A stretch of DNA of 64,000 bases, taken from assembly GCA_002633005.1 (NCBI GenBank), contig NMRA01000121.1, positions 470,434 to 534,433 on the forward strand, in the 5' to 3' direction. The notes below the pieces were generated by a model that saw nothing but the letters and a program-made list of their open reading frames with translations, was not told the origin of the DNA and ran no database searches. Shown here piece after piece: positions 33,810 through 45,923 of this stretch. Position 1 is the stretch's first letter, and each line of letters opens with the position of its first letter. Both the position numbers and the translations under genes were made by a program. The DNA comes from Phoronis australis (Eukaryota > Animalia > Phoronida).

Positions 33810-36800
33810 CTGTGAACGAAAAAAGTTGGTATCTGCGTTATAGTTGGTGGCGAATTGCACATTGGTTGTACTACGTATGCATACATAATTTGGTTTATAG
33901 ATACAACTTTCCTAAACTGTGTGTCACAACATGTTGTGCGTGTAACAAGTTGGACCGCGTACTGTACTAAGCGGAGGCCCAGGATGCACGTGTCGAGCAA
34001 TAATTTACAGCGCCAGTTGGAAGGCGTTGGTCGCCATTCGTCGGTATTCCTAGATAAGCTCTTCAAGCCAATAGTCAGACAACCAAAACGCATCTATTCA
34101 GGGGTGCATTCTTGTTTTTTCACTCACGTTTTCTTACAACCCGCTCAAACCAAGGACTCTTTTAAAAATCCTACGTCTTTCATTTCAAAACTCGTGGGCC
34201 TTGTCACTAAGGGGAGTTTGCATTACTCCCAATAGCCCGCGACTCTTCCCGAGCGGCTGTTTCATTTCACAAATCTAAGGTACATCAATTCACGAACACC
34301 ACTCTATTGGAATTTGTGGTGTTCATCATTTTTCATTGTTATTGTCTTTCTTTTGGGGACGTTCATTTGAAACATGCAATAAGTGGAAATTACAATCGTA
34401 TATGTAGAATGAAAAACTTAAATTTCTCTAGCGTTGTAATAGCTGGGGTAGGTGCACACCAGCCCCATGAGTGGGATACATGTACGCTCGTCCATTGCCT
34501 CCTGATAGAGGAACTCTGCTCAAAAATTGCTTACTAATATAGCTGACGGGGGAGCCATTGGGGCGCTGGAAAATGCCGTCGTTGTTTGGATCATGTACTC
34601 CCAGCCACCAGTCATCAACTGCGCCCTGCAACCAAATCGACACTGTCTTCATACATCATATTACCGTGTCATCAAATGATTCAGAAAATCACATAACCAA
34701 AAACTGAAAATAATATTTTGCAACAAAAATCTTGAATGCAAGTTCACACTATTAGTCGACTGAATCCTGGAGTGTCTTAACAGGACTGTAGGGATCCAGG
34801 CACAGTAGTCTCTCGCGCCTCTTATGTGGAATCCAATGGCGGCCAATGCCACATTTTCCATACTACAACCTGACGTCCATGATAACTCTTGATTGACATT
34901 AAATGCAATCGTAAACTGGTTTTGAATGTCCGATTGACTCCCGCGCTGGGTCAAATGTTTCGAACGATATCGGCCAGTTGGCGGCAGGGTTATACAAAAC
35001 TCCTCTCCCTCGTTGTGAAACCAATAACCTGACAATTACAACTTATAACCTGGGGTGTTTTTGGAGAGAACTATTATCACAATACTGATTTCGTTGTTGG
35101 ACATCATCCCTGAACTCTAAAATTATAGGCCGGGCAAAACATAAAGGTATCTGAAGGTCACGCAGTTCAATGGCCAAGGACGTGAAGGTTCGCTTGCCTC
35201 GAAAATTTATTAACTGTGTTGGTTCGTTGTCAACGACTATATACGGGGACACTGATCAAAGTATAGCTATCAGATTTTCAAAACACACGGGAATTTGGTT
35301 TTAGTTTTATGCAATGATTTTTTATATAAAAATCCTAAAATTCTTGTTTTGTATAACCGTAACTGGACGATCTCTAACAATGTTTTGGGAAACAATGCAT
35401 AACTCAAAGTATCTGAAAGTCTCATTTGAATCTGATGGGCAATATCTGAGATATGCTGTTGACCTAGCTAAATATGAACATTGTAACTTCGAAGTTGCAA
35501 TTACTAACCGTCCAACCAAACGTGACAAAGACATAATCTATCCATACATCTTCTGCTTTGTCTTCAGGTGTAGCTAATACCATACCGTTGGAGTGACACG
35601 TCTGTTGGGAAGCGGCCCAATCTAGATGCGGGGTTCTTACAAACAAATAGCTTTTGGATGAACTGAGTCTTTGACGAAATACAGCGTCACCTGAAATGCA
35701 CAAAAAACACTTTCGGTCAAGCCAAGGCAATTGTAAGAATGGCTAGACTCAGTCACCTACTAGGCCTATCTAGATGGTTTCACAATTTTGTCTGAAACGA
35801 ATACAGCCCTCTACGCTGAAAAGGAACATTCACGCACTCGAATAGTTATTAAGTAACTTTTCCAGCATTGGTGTAGTTTTAAAGTCACGCTTATTCGGTA
35901 AAACATTAGTCAGTTTTCTTGAGACATAATAAATCAGGTATTTTAGTAGACGACAAGTTTGTCCTCAAATGTGAACGTTATCGGCGCATGTGTAGATTTC
36001 AGTCATGACTTTCAAAATGGAGAATGATTGGCCGTATAACCAATGTTCGTACATGAGCAGATAGCGCTCACCTACCTGCCAGGTAAACTTGAGATAAGGT
36101 GGCACTGTACAGTTACAGCTAAGCACTCTCTAGAAAACAAATGTGAGGGGTAGACCACGTTAGCGGAAGTTGTAATAAATTTACTTTCAGAATTTACCGT
36201 TAGTGTGTGCTCACGTCGAGCTAAGACAGTGAAGCAGTATTTTTGGGTTGAAAAAATGTCAGTTTTTCGTTTTTTCCACTTATCTAAGCCTAGCTTCCTT
36301 GTCGGTGGAAACAAACGGTTCAAAATATGAGTAGCTCTTTTGAGGTTAAATGACACGCAATTTTTCATTCTGTCCCTGGCGTTTTCGACTGATAGTGAAG
36401 TTCACTACCAGGAAAAACTCAGTGAGAAGTGTTCAGCGCTTTCTAACGAAAATACCTTAGGTGTTCCGCACAAACCGTATTTTAAAATCAAACGATCTGT
36501 TTACGCTATTTCGTCGAAATTTAAGATTCTATGGATAAGTATTGACGTATTGGCAATCGTCTCTATTGCTTCCTAATTCATATCACCCAAAAGGCGTTTC
36601 AAATCTTCAAGTTTGCCCACTTCAGTAAAAACAGCAGATCTCTTGTAAACTCTCTGATAGCAGTTGTGGGGGAACTGGAATAAATCTTGTTCTCTAGATT
36701 GCTTATGCGTCAGCATTGGCTTTGTACTTAACAAAACTTGATATTAAGTAAAGGAAATGTTAAAACACTTTCAAACGAAAATTTAGAAGGAATCTGTCTT

Positions 36801-39800
36801 TTTGATACACAAATACATAACGTTTTTTGCAATAATATTCTTGCCAAACACGACCTCTCTGTCTAATCTTGAGATTACTCAAGCATACTCAGATTTCCAT
36901 ATTTAATCTGGTATTCTAAGTTTACACAGGACATATCGACCAACTAATCCACCAAAACCATGCAATCTCATAAAATATGCTTCCGGAGCATGACCTACGA
37001 TCTCATGCATCATCATGAATACTAAATTAGGTAGAGTAAAAATTAATTCTCTTGTGTTTTCCACGGGAGAATGAGGCCCTTTAAGACCAACATTTTTCGA
37101 AATAGATAGACTGGATTATCGCCAACATGTTCAGAATTGTCACAAACTCGTTTTTCTTCATGAGAAGTATCCGTGCTCAAGTTGGAGCGCCTTGTACGAT
37201 GGCACTTTGTACCATCGGCCACGTTTTCACGAAGTCCTCCGGTCGCAGTATCAGTATTTATACTGTTAGTTAGCCCTCGATTCAAATGAAATGCATGCTT
37301 TTAAATTACTTTGGGTGACAATATGTGTCGTCTTTGTCGGCGTAAATTGTCATACTCGACATATGAATTATGTGTCGAGTGTGACAATCTATCACAACAG
37401 CGTGTCGCTAGGGACCAGTTGTATGTTTCCCGTAGGAACGTGAACAAAAGGTAATATACTCCCTCGTTCTCTAATCATTTTAAAATATGGAAAACCTTTC
37501 CGAAAGTATACGATTACAAATGCTGGAATGACCGGCTGGTTTTAGAAATTCGTTTTTAAATCAATCGGTCGGTTGCTAAGCACCGTCAAGAATTGAAAAA
37601 GTGGACAGTGTCAGTCTCTTTTTCAACTTATAACTAGGAATCACGGTGTTGTGTCTGATTTTTTAAAACAAAAAATGTCTCACAAGCCAAGTTAAACAGT
37701 AGCACGATCGACTCACCACCGCACGTCGGTGCAATACCACTCCACGCACCATCTTCTAAACACCAAACTATCTTGTTTCCCGACAGGAAAATGTAGTCAT
37801 CCAAACAAGCAAACTCGGTAATACTTCGGTGTCTGGTTCCATTGGAAAAAATGACTGTCGTCGTTCCTTCGTCGTAGATCAGTGGCGGGCATTTTATCTC
37901 TAAATGGTGTTTTGAAGAGAACAACACCATGCTATTGTGAAACGTCATACAACTTAACAGGGATACTTAAGCTTTCATTGAACGGAAGTTTGTCACTTTA
38001 AATGCACTGGGTTACCGAGATTACTCTACCAACATTTAAGAAGCATAAGAAAACACAATTCAATTATTCAAACGCAGGCTCGTAAAATGATAGTAGAATA
38101 ATCCTTCTCGCGCCGTACCGATCGCAAGAACATAGAAAAATTAAAGGAAGGCCGAACGAAGTTGTATTGAACAAAATACCGCTCGAGGATTCTTGTGCTT
38201 ACGTAGACCAATGTATGGCAAAAACCTTAATCGGCAATTACATTTGGTAATTCATAGCACAGATCTGCTCACAGTATGTTGTAGCAACCAAGTTCACCCG
38301 CGTTCCCGTTCATGGTAGGCCATGAGTAAACACCAAGAACTGAGATTTGAAAACATATATTGCATCCTAGAACAGAACAGTGTTCTGGAAATTTGATTCT
38401 TCATGTTGCTTGATAAGCAAAGTAGATTCCTTTAGAATTGCAACTCCATTGAAACTGGGTAAACGATTAGTGATCTATGATTTGATCTGAATCTACGTAG
38501 AGTAATCAATGTATTACACATTCTCAACGTCCTGTGATACTCATAATTTCATTTTAGAACAGATAGCATTTCCAGTTGATCACTGCCAAGGCAGGTTGCA
38601 ACGTTTATTGGTTACTATGATACAGTTGCATTGATATTTTTGAGAAATCAATCACCTTGCTAAAAATCAACGATTTCTGCTCTCCATTTTAGACCGTGGG
38701 TAGAGGAATTGGTGCACATCTTTATGTAAGAAAAATCAGCTACATGTATTTATTAAGCGCGCGATGAGATCATATTAAAATCCCGGGCAGTTTCACATCC
38801 CATAGTTGGAGTTGTTAATGACGTACCAACAAATCAGGTGGCCAAAGTGATCGTTTGGGTATTTCGGTCGAATGAGTACTTTGATATCTCACGTATTTGA
38901 AACTTTGAGGTAAACTGTATCAATAACATCGGTTTGAGAACACAGATAACTGAAACAGTAACCATGGGGGATCAATTGGTATTGTCTTCCATTTACACGG
39001 TTACCAGAATAATGTTTTTGTCTGGGTTTTGAATATGGAGCACCACTATATACTCAGGTTTATGGGTAAGAACTACCCGAGCTTAATGTTTTCACAAGAG
39101 GTGTATTTTTTCATGGCCGCGCCTCTAAATTCCAACTCCGATCTTTTAACCCCCAGTACCGGGGACCATATTTAACACCTCATTCAGACTAGGGCAGCAC
39201 TTTTGGCACACAAATAGCCAACACCAAGCCAACTCTGTTAGTATTATCTGCAGAGAACCCAATAAGGAGCTACTGTACATTAAAGAGTCATTGGCCATTC
39301 AGAACCAGCATGCCACTGAATCTCTGAATAACATGCAGAGCTCAGTGACCCTGCAACTATGGTGATGACCAGCTACTGACCATATTCTATGTATCTCTCA
39401 CTTCACTCTGTGGATGTTACCTGAACTGTATGTTGGCACTTGTTGTCCTAAATTGTTGTAAATATGATCCTGATGATGTCTAATGAAAAGACGAAACGTT
39501 GAATTGAACATGAACTTTTTTATTTGTGCGGCGATCGTCCGGTTTTTGATCTTATTGTGGCCAGAAACTGATTTAATTCACTTTTGGCACGTGTGTGGAG
39601 TTTAGTGTCGCGGGTCTGGCGATTCGTACCGGGGGTTTAGTATCCTCTGATCCGGGACTGGAGATTAGAAGATCGTAGCTGGACTCGTGTCCAGCTCTTA
39701 GAGGAGTTCCAGGGTAGTTTCATGGTCATGGTCACAAGACAAACTAGACTTTTCCGACTATTATCTGGATACTTATCATGCGCGCACCCACCCTTTAATA

Positions 39801-42061
39801 TGGAGGACTCGAATTTCTGTCAAAGTGGACCGTGGACCTTTTGCTAACAAAAAAGCGGGAGGACTAAAAAAACAGGGTACCACCTTCAGGTCTGTGAAAT
39901 GTGCGTCTGCGCCTTAGTGGACTTTTGTCTCGTTTCCTCTGACTTTTTGTACCTCTGAGGCGGACCTTTTTACCCACTTCGCCAAATGGGGGGGGCTCGT
40001 TCGAGCCCCCCGAGCGCCCCTGGGTGCACGCATGCTTATTACAAAGTAGGACTTTTTTAACCGCACTAGCGTTCTCTATTACGTCGTCTTTCCTTTCAAG
40101 ATAATTTTCACATACATTGTAATTAGATTTAGCTTTTCTTATGAATCACACCTCTTTTCAGCTTACAGCGACGATTCAGGAGGAAAGCAAAATGTAAGAA
40201 ACGAATTTCGGCGCATGAACCATTGAGATAAATATATTCACGCCACGAAAACATAGTTATAATAGTTCACGTATTCATGTCAAAACAGCACAATTAATGA
40301 GAATGTCATGATGGAAAACGACTCATTAACCTGAATACCAAATGACAGAAAACTATGCTGCTTTGAAAAATAACACAATGACCGTTTACTAGAGATTGGT
40401 GCCCACGAACGTCTTACTATGGCAAATCAAAAGTTAACCAATACAAGGTTCGTGCTCAACACATACATGTACTTTCTTATATCTTCGGAGACGAAAGATT
40501 GTCGCCAATATAAAAGCAGTACTTCGTTTCAGATTGAAACGTCTGCATCTCCGTTGAGTGAGTCACTGTTCCATTCCTGTTCGGTAAAAGGGGTGACCCA
40601 CAGTGGGGTTTAATTTGACATGTGAACAAGGGACCGCTATTTGTCAAAACTTGACGGAATTTCTTGTTACAGGACACTCCCTGGTGTCAATACACATTGA
40701 CAAAGAGTGGAATGCAGATGGTATCTTGATATCAAAAAATGCATCTACTCCTTTATAGTAATACGATGAATGTTTTCAGTCATCCAGTTGGGCAATATAA
40801 GAAACAATAAATAAATCTACTACTGGACTTACGTATGTAGAGATGGCTACGTTGCGTCCTCCTCTCGAGGACTTCATCAGGCCACTGAGTTGTCACGTGA
40901 CTTGTCATGTGATCCGTCGTGTAGTTTCCGCGGGATTCTCTTCACTTCTCTCACTTACCTAGGACATGGGATAGGGCGCTGAAGAGAATCCCGCGGAAAC
41001 TACACGACGGATCACATGACAAGTCACGTGACAACTCAGTGGCCTGATGAAGTCCTCGAGAGGAGGACGCAACGTAGCCATCTCTACATACGTAAGTCCA
41101 GTAGTAGACTTATTTATTGTTCCTTTATAGTAAGATAAAAACATTGTATTTATAAAGCACGGGAAGCGCAGTCATTGATTGTTTTTTCATGCCCAACGTT
41201 TCCGACTTCATGATTACTGTGGTTGCGTCCACACTGTCGTGTTCGAGACGATTTCGTTGTATCCGTGGCCGTCCTTTGCACCGTCAATGGTGGCGTGGAC
41301 GCTGTCGCGGAAATTGCTGCTGTAGTCGTCACTTAGTTATCAAGTCGATTTCGTCACTGGAAGTGTCGCACCGTCAGAACGTTATTGTTACCACTCAAAG
41401 GTGTATGCAACTTATAAAGAACTCACTTTTAGTACTTTGTTAGGTGCTGTTACATAATAGATGAATCATCGGATGTCAGGGCGGCGCACCATAGGGGGCT
41501 GGGGGCTGTAGCACCACTTTTTTCAGTGTTACGCCGCCCATGATCTATGGGTGGTGCACCACAGGGGGGCTGAGCGGCTTTAGCCCCCCAATTTTTTCAG
41601 TCTGCGCCGCCCATGACGTAGTCTATTCTGACACTAACATTGTTGCAAATAGCTTCTGCATGCAAATGGAATTGAGATGAAGCTGCCTAGTTCTGGATGG
41701 TGTTGGTCATCCACTCGGGTTTGGTGCTTCAGAGCCCTTTTTACTTCTCGAAGACCGATGTCACTTTCTTTTAGTAACGAAATTTTTGTTTAAGATTGGG
41801 AATGAGAAGGAAATGGCGGCCTAAGGGACATATCCCTATGTAAAAATACATTGCAGCATTGGTACTCACCAAGGCAGACTATGTCTGAACCAGACCAGTC
41901 TCTGAGGTACGCTAAACATTTTCTAACCCTGTCGCCCGCTGCGTGCTTGAATCCTGGATCACACTCGAAAACAACCTCTTCACCCGCCTTGGACTGCGCA
42001 GAACAATGAGAAATACATCTTGCGTTTGGCGGTGTGGTTAACGAAGGGCACATGTTCCAAG
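33687..42061 (-). CDS. Partial spliced gene: Sushi/CCP x2 plus C-type lectin domain protein
   Basis: Phase-consistent exons 41870-42061 (Sushi), 37717-37899 (Sushi), and 35509-35690, 34535-34625, 33687-33809 (CTL). First and last exons not located with confidence; possible terminal exon 29705-29718 (AERL*). Confidence 0.75.
34535..34625 (-). CDS. C-type lectin domain exon 2
   Basis: GAVDDWWLGVHDPNNDGIFQRPNGSPVSYI (WIGL-type motif). Confidence 0.8.
35509..35690 (-). CDS. C-type lectin domain exon 1
   Basis: SYLFVRTPHLDWAASQQTCHSNGMVLATPEDKAEDVWI. Confidence 0.8.
37717..37899 (-). CDS. Sushi/CCP domain exon
   Basis: IKCPPL...TEFACLDDYIFLSGNKIVWCLEDGAWSGIAPTCG; phase 1-1. Confidence 0.85.
39210..39578 (+). 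mobile_element. 5'-truncated Penelope-like retroelement (GIY-YIG C-terminus plus pLTR tail)
   Basis: SVSIICREPNKELLYIKESLAIQ...SLNNMQSSVTLQLW* (stop 39363-39365); hammerhead downstream; 12-bp TSD CACTTTTGGCAC at 39198-39209 and 39579-39590. Confidence 0.8.
39464..39506 (+). ncRNA. Minimal type I hammerhead ribozyme motif (Penelope-associated)
   Basis: CUGAUGA-U-GUCU(aaugaaa)AGAC-GAAA-CG-UU; stem I imperfect. Confidence 0.65.
39777..40034 (-). mobile_element. Non-autonomous element with short TIRs, third family copy
   Basis: catgcgcgcaccca ... tgggtgcacgcatg. Confidence 0.7.
40796..41128. mobile_element. Long inverted repeat (129-bp perfect arms, 35-bp spacer), Penelope pLTR-like
   Basis: 40816-40944 is the exact reverse complement of 40980-41108; each arm carries a hammerhead-like motif. 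Confidence 0.85.
41040..41080 (+). ncRNA. Variant minimal hammerhead ribozyme motif (mirror copy on the minus strand at 40844-40884)
   Basis: UGGC-CUGAUGA-A-GUCCUC(gagag)GAGGAC-GCAA-CG-UA-GCCA; core GAAA is replaced by GCAA. Confidence 0.6.
41477..41615. repeat. Tandem pair of short GC-rich mini-elements (related copy at 56015-56082)
   Basis: gggcggcgcacc...ttttcagt...cgccgcccatg occurs twice. Confidence 0.65.
41870..42061 (-). CDS. Sushi/CCP domain exon
   Basis: MCPSLTTPPNA...VVFECDPGFKHAAGDRVRKCLAYLRDWSGSDIVCL; phase 1-1. Confidence 0.85.
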
Positions 42062-45000
42062 CTAAAATGAAATATAGCCTGCCTCAGTTCAAATCTTCAT
42101 TCATTTTAGCAGAGGATTTGGAAAAGTGAGAATGGGAATCACATTTCAAAAATCTCGTACAAACATATATACTGGTGACTATGTAAACTACACTAATGTC
42201 GGTTGCAAAGGCGCCACAGCGGAGGGAGACAGGAGATGGCAATGGCCCCAAGATTTAAACAAGAATTATGAAAGATAAAACAATTTCTGACAGCGAAGCA
42301 TCCAGTGGCTAAACAAAGGAAATGCTACAGAATCGACATTGACAGGGAAACATATACAAGAGAGACAGGTTAGATTGAAAAGAGGACTAAACGCCAACTA
42401 TTTTATGGACGTATTTTTTGTTATTGTGACACATTGAAAACAATTCATACAATATTTGAAAGAAACACACCCAAGCCATTGGGCTTATACGTCAATGATT
42501 GCAATTGTATGACAGTATATAAACACCTCCTACGTTTAAATTGCTTCATAAACAAAACCAGAAAGCTCAGTCTCTGAACCAATAATGCCTTAATAATTTC
42601 GATTTTGTCTTTAGTTATGCCTGAAGAATTGAGTTCATTATTTACGAAACGTAGAGTATGGATTAAATTGTCAGGTGTGTGAGCTTTACTGCCGAATTTG
42701 GATGGCCATAAATGATGCTGTAAACGAGGTTTTCATTTTTCCAATGCAAGTTTATCCCTAAAAATGTTGCATAAGTTGCGGAGTAAATTTACCGGTACAC
42801 GGCGAAACATACACAGAAACAGCATCCGTTGGCTTACTCGGCGCATCCACCGAGCCTTACCCTACACCTACATGTATAAAAACTGTATGCGTTGAAGAAA
42901 AAAAGAAATTTGCTCACCACAGTCGACAACAAAATTGTTCTTCGATAGTACATACAGCAGCAGTCCAACCCATGAGGACAAAAGCATTCTGCACATCTTT
43001 GGCACATTCGTAGATTTGAAGTGATGCCAATGCGTGCGAAAAAATGTCTAACTGAACGGTTAGACGCCGTTCTTGAATAAATAACTATCACAGCGTAGGT
43101 CAGGGTAAACACACTGCCGTTTTCAGATTTGTTCAATAAATATATTTATTTCAACTACATGTCATTTAAAATATTTGACATTTTGAATGATATCCGGTTG
43201 TGCAGCAAGTGATTTTTCGTAAAAAATTGGAAGGGCCGGGTACGGGGATTTTATTAGTCATGAAAAGATCGACAACGTTTCATTTATAATTAGTCGAAGC
43301 TTCCATCCAATATTCCCACGGTTTAACGATGTTGAGAGACAATGGATATCGATGAATTCTATGTTAGTTAGCAAACTGGGGAACAAGAAAAAAGCGATTC
43401 AGTTTAGTTAAAAATAACATATCTGTCATTGATCGTTGATTCATAAGAACATTTACAGAAGAAAATTCAATATATAAGATCTATTTTGGACCCCAGAACG
43501 AGCTAAAATACTTTGTTTCACAGCTTGACGATTTGAAGTTGTTACAAATACACTTTTTATGGCGGAAATTGGATTTTGTAAGACAGAACTCAGTTGACGA
43601 AGCGGACTGCATGTGAACAATCACTGAATGCTCATATCATCACCAGGTTAAATTCTCCACATTATAAACAGAGTTTTTTGACAAAGACGTTGTATTTATC
43701 GTTTTTATGATCAACTGTGGTACGAAATGTAATCCCGTAGGATTTGTGCGACAAAATTGACTTTTTGCTGTTCTCGATTTACATGGGTGTGAAATGTTGG
43801 AAAAGGATTGGGATTAAAAGGTGACCTCATTAACTTCTTTTAGGCAACAGAATCCCTTGGCTTCAAAAACGCCACAAATATCCCATTTCTGTCAGATATA
43901 ATTTAAAAAAAAAAACTTTTTATGGTATTTTTGAAAATTATAAACTATGATGCTTAGCTCAATTTCATCATTTTTAAGACAACTCCTAGTGGAAATCTCG
44001 GATTTCTAGCATGTTGTTTCCTTTACCATAGTAACGGATTGATCATGACGTCATTTTCAGAGTCTCTGTCAAGCTACATATTGTGCATTTTTCAGGCTTT
44101 TGGGGACATGAAGATAATTAGTGCAACCGGTCTTGGGATCCAGCTACTGTAATCCATATAGAGATAACAGCAAAATAAGATATAAGAATGGATCTATTAT
44201 TATACGTCGAGGCACGTGGCCTCAATTCCCCGGTTTCCCATACATGAATAGTATATAATCATATAAATACCGTCTTACAGTTTCTGTTGCTTTTTATATT
44301 ATATTATATTTTACACTACGGTGGTCCTTAATAAAGCGGCTTTTGCCTGTCTCCAAATTAAGTACATAAATACGTCCTTGCTGATGACGCGAATTTGGAA
44401 CTCCTTAACCGTGACAATGACGAAGACATGCAGTGTTGTTGGTCTGCTTTTCGAGCTTGGGGCACTTGTATTTCGGATAAGCAAACTGGTTACAAATTTA
44501 ACAGAGGAATATTCCTCGGTTTTGCAGAGCTAAAGCTCGCACTAGAACTATTTGCAAAAGATTAGGGCCCTAGATTTCATCTCTAAACTCTGACTCAGAC
44601 AGAAAATTTAACCGAAGTGCCACCTTAAGTTTGAAAGTTTCATCGAAGATGCTATGCAATTCGTCCAGATATGGCGTGAAAAATATTATTTCTATTGATC
44701 TTTCAGATGTCGATGGTAGACTGATGAACACCAAAATGTCTTGAGGTAAAGCATGGTTTCTCTCTCCTCCCTTCGCCGAATTGCTAGGTTTGATAAAACT
44801 ATAACTATTTTAGAGAGGTCAAGAATTTCGGTTGTAAATTTCATTATTCTCCAAATTTTTTCAATTTTGTTTAGTGACCACCTGGAAATAAATTGAAAAC
44901 CATTTAGTGAACCACTTGTATAGAAAGCCAGAATAAATACGCAAGTAATGAATTACTGCTAAAGCTTAACCTTTAGATACTCTGCTGATACATGTACAAA

Positions 45001-45749
45001 ACTGATATGGTTCCGCCACAGGCTACTGGGTACTAACCCTGTTTATGTTGTACCAAGTGTAACTACTTCACAAAATAATAACTTTCTCTGCAAGTATTGC
45101 ATTCACATGTTTGGACATTTAAAATAAAATGTATACCGGATATTGAAATTTGGAAACCATGCACTTTTGAGTATTGCGATGTTTGAAAAATATTTTTGTA
45201 CAAACTGAACTGGTAAAATTACTCGGTTCAATTTCATGACGAAAACAAAAATAAAGTGGCTTAGTTCCCCCTGGCCTGAAGTGAACGTGTGAAGGAACAC
45301 ATTTACGAAAACCACTGATTAACATTTATTGCGGTGTCACACCACTCTGGCATGAACAAACCTACGAAAAAAGTCGCAGACCAGAAAGAAGAACAAGTGT
45401 CGGACAGTTGACTAGCAATACGGTCTATAAATATACGTTCTTTCATTTCATTATAGCCGAAATTTAAAAAGGAGAGCTCGTTAGTCTTTGTGACTGACCA
45501 CTGCACAGCAGTGAGCGTGTTAGAAAGTCAGAACGTCCGTTTCATTTTGTATGTGTTATTGACATTGTTCATGTTTTCAGAATGATGCCAGCGGCTGGTC
45601 CAATAATTGCAGGCAGAGGTCGTTCCGGAGAACTAAGGTTTTGACGGAGGAACGTTCACCTTGGGGAGGTGGTTCCACTAACAGATTAATTACCCCACAT
45701 GAGAAGACAATACGAAAAAATGAAAAACGATATTTCCTTTTCCCAATAG

Positions 45750-45755
45750 TTTATT
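45750..45755 (-). promoter_or_regulatory. Putative polyadenylation signal AATAAA of the astacin gene
   Basis: tttatt about 80 nt downstream of the TAA at 45837-45839. Confidence 0.4.
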
Positions 45756-45836
45756 AAGTTAAATAAGTGATATTAAACACGCATTTGGATTCCAGGTATC
45801 AATTGAAGACTGTCCAGTCATGTCCCCCAGAGAAGC

Positions 45837-45923
45837 TTACGAGCAAGGCCCAGATTTGAGGCTGAGTGAGTCTACAGCGATGTCACTTTTATCCGACGGT
45901 CCTCTGTAAGCCGTGATTAAAAT
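45837..45923 (-). CDS. Astacin gene: MAM2 end, probable terminal exon
   Basis: ILITAYRGPSDKSDIAVDSLSLKSGPCS*. Confidence 0.82.
   Translation of the reverse strand: MLITAYRGPSDKSDIAVDSLSLKSGPCS

Noticed and set aside
34661-35035. 124-aa minus-strand ORF inside the lectin domain intron
   Set aside because: The CTL exons join in phase without it, and it shows no domain motif.
36340-37285. Possible decayed transposase on the minus strand
   Set aside because: No motif I can assign with confidence; needs BLASTX.
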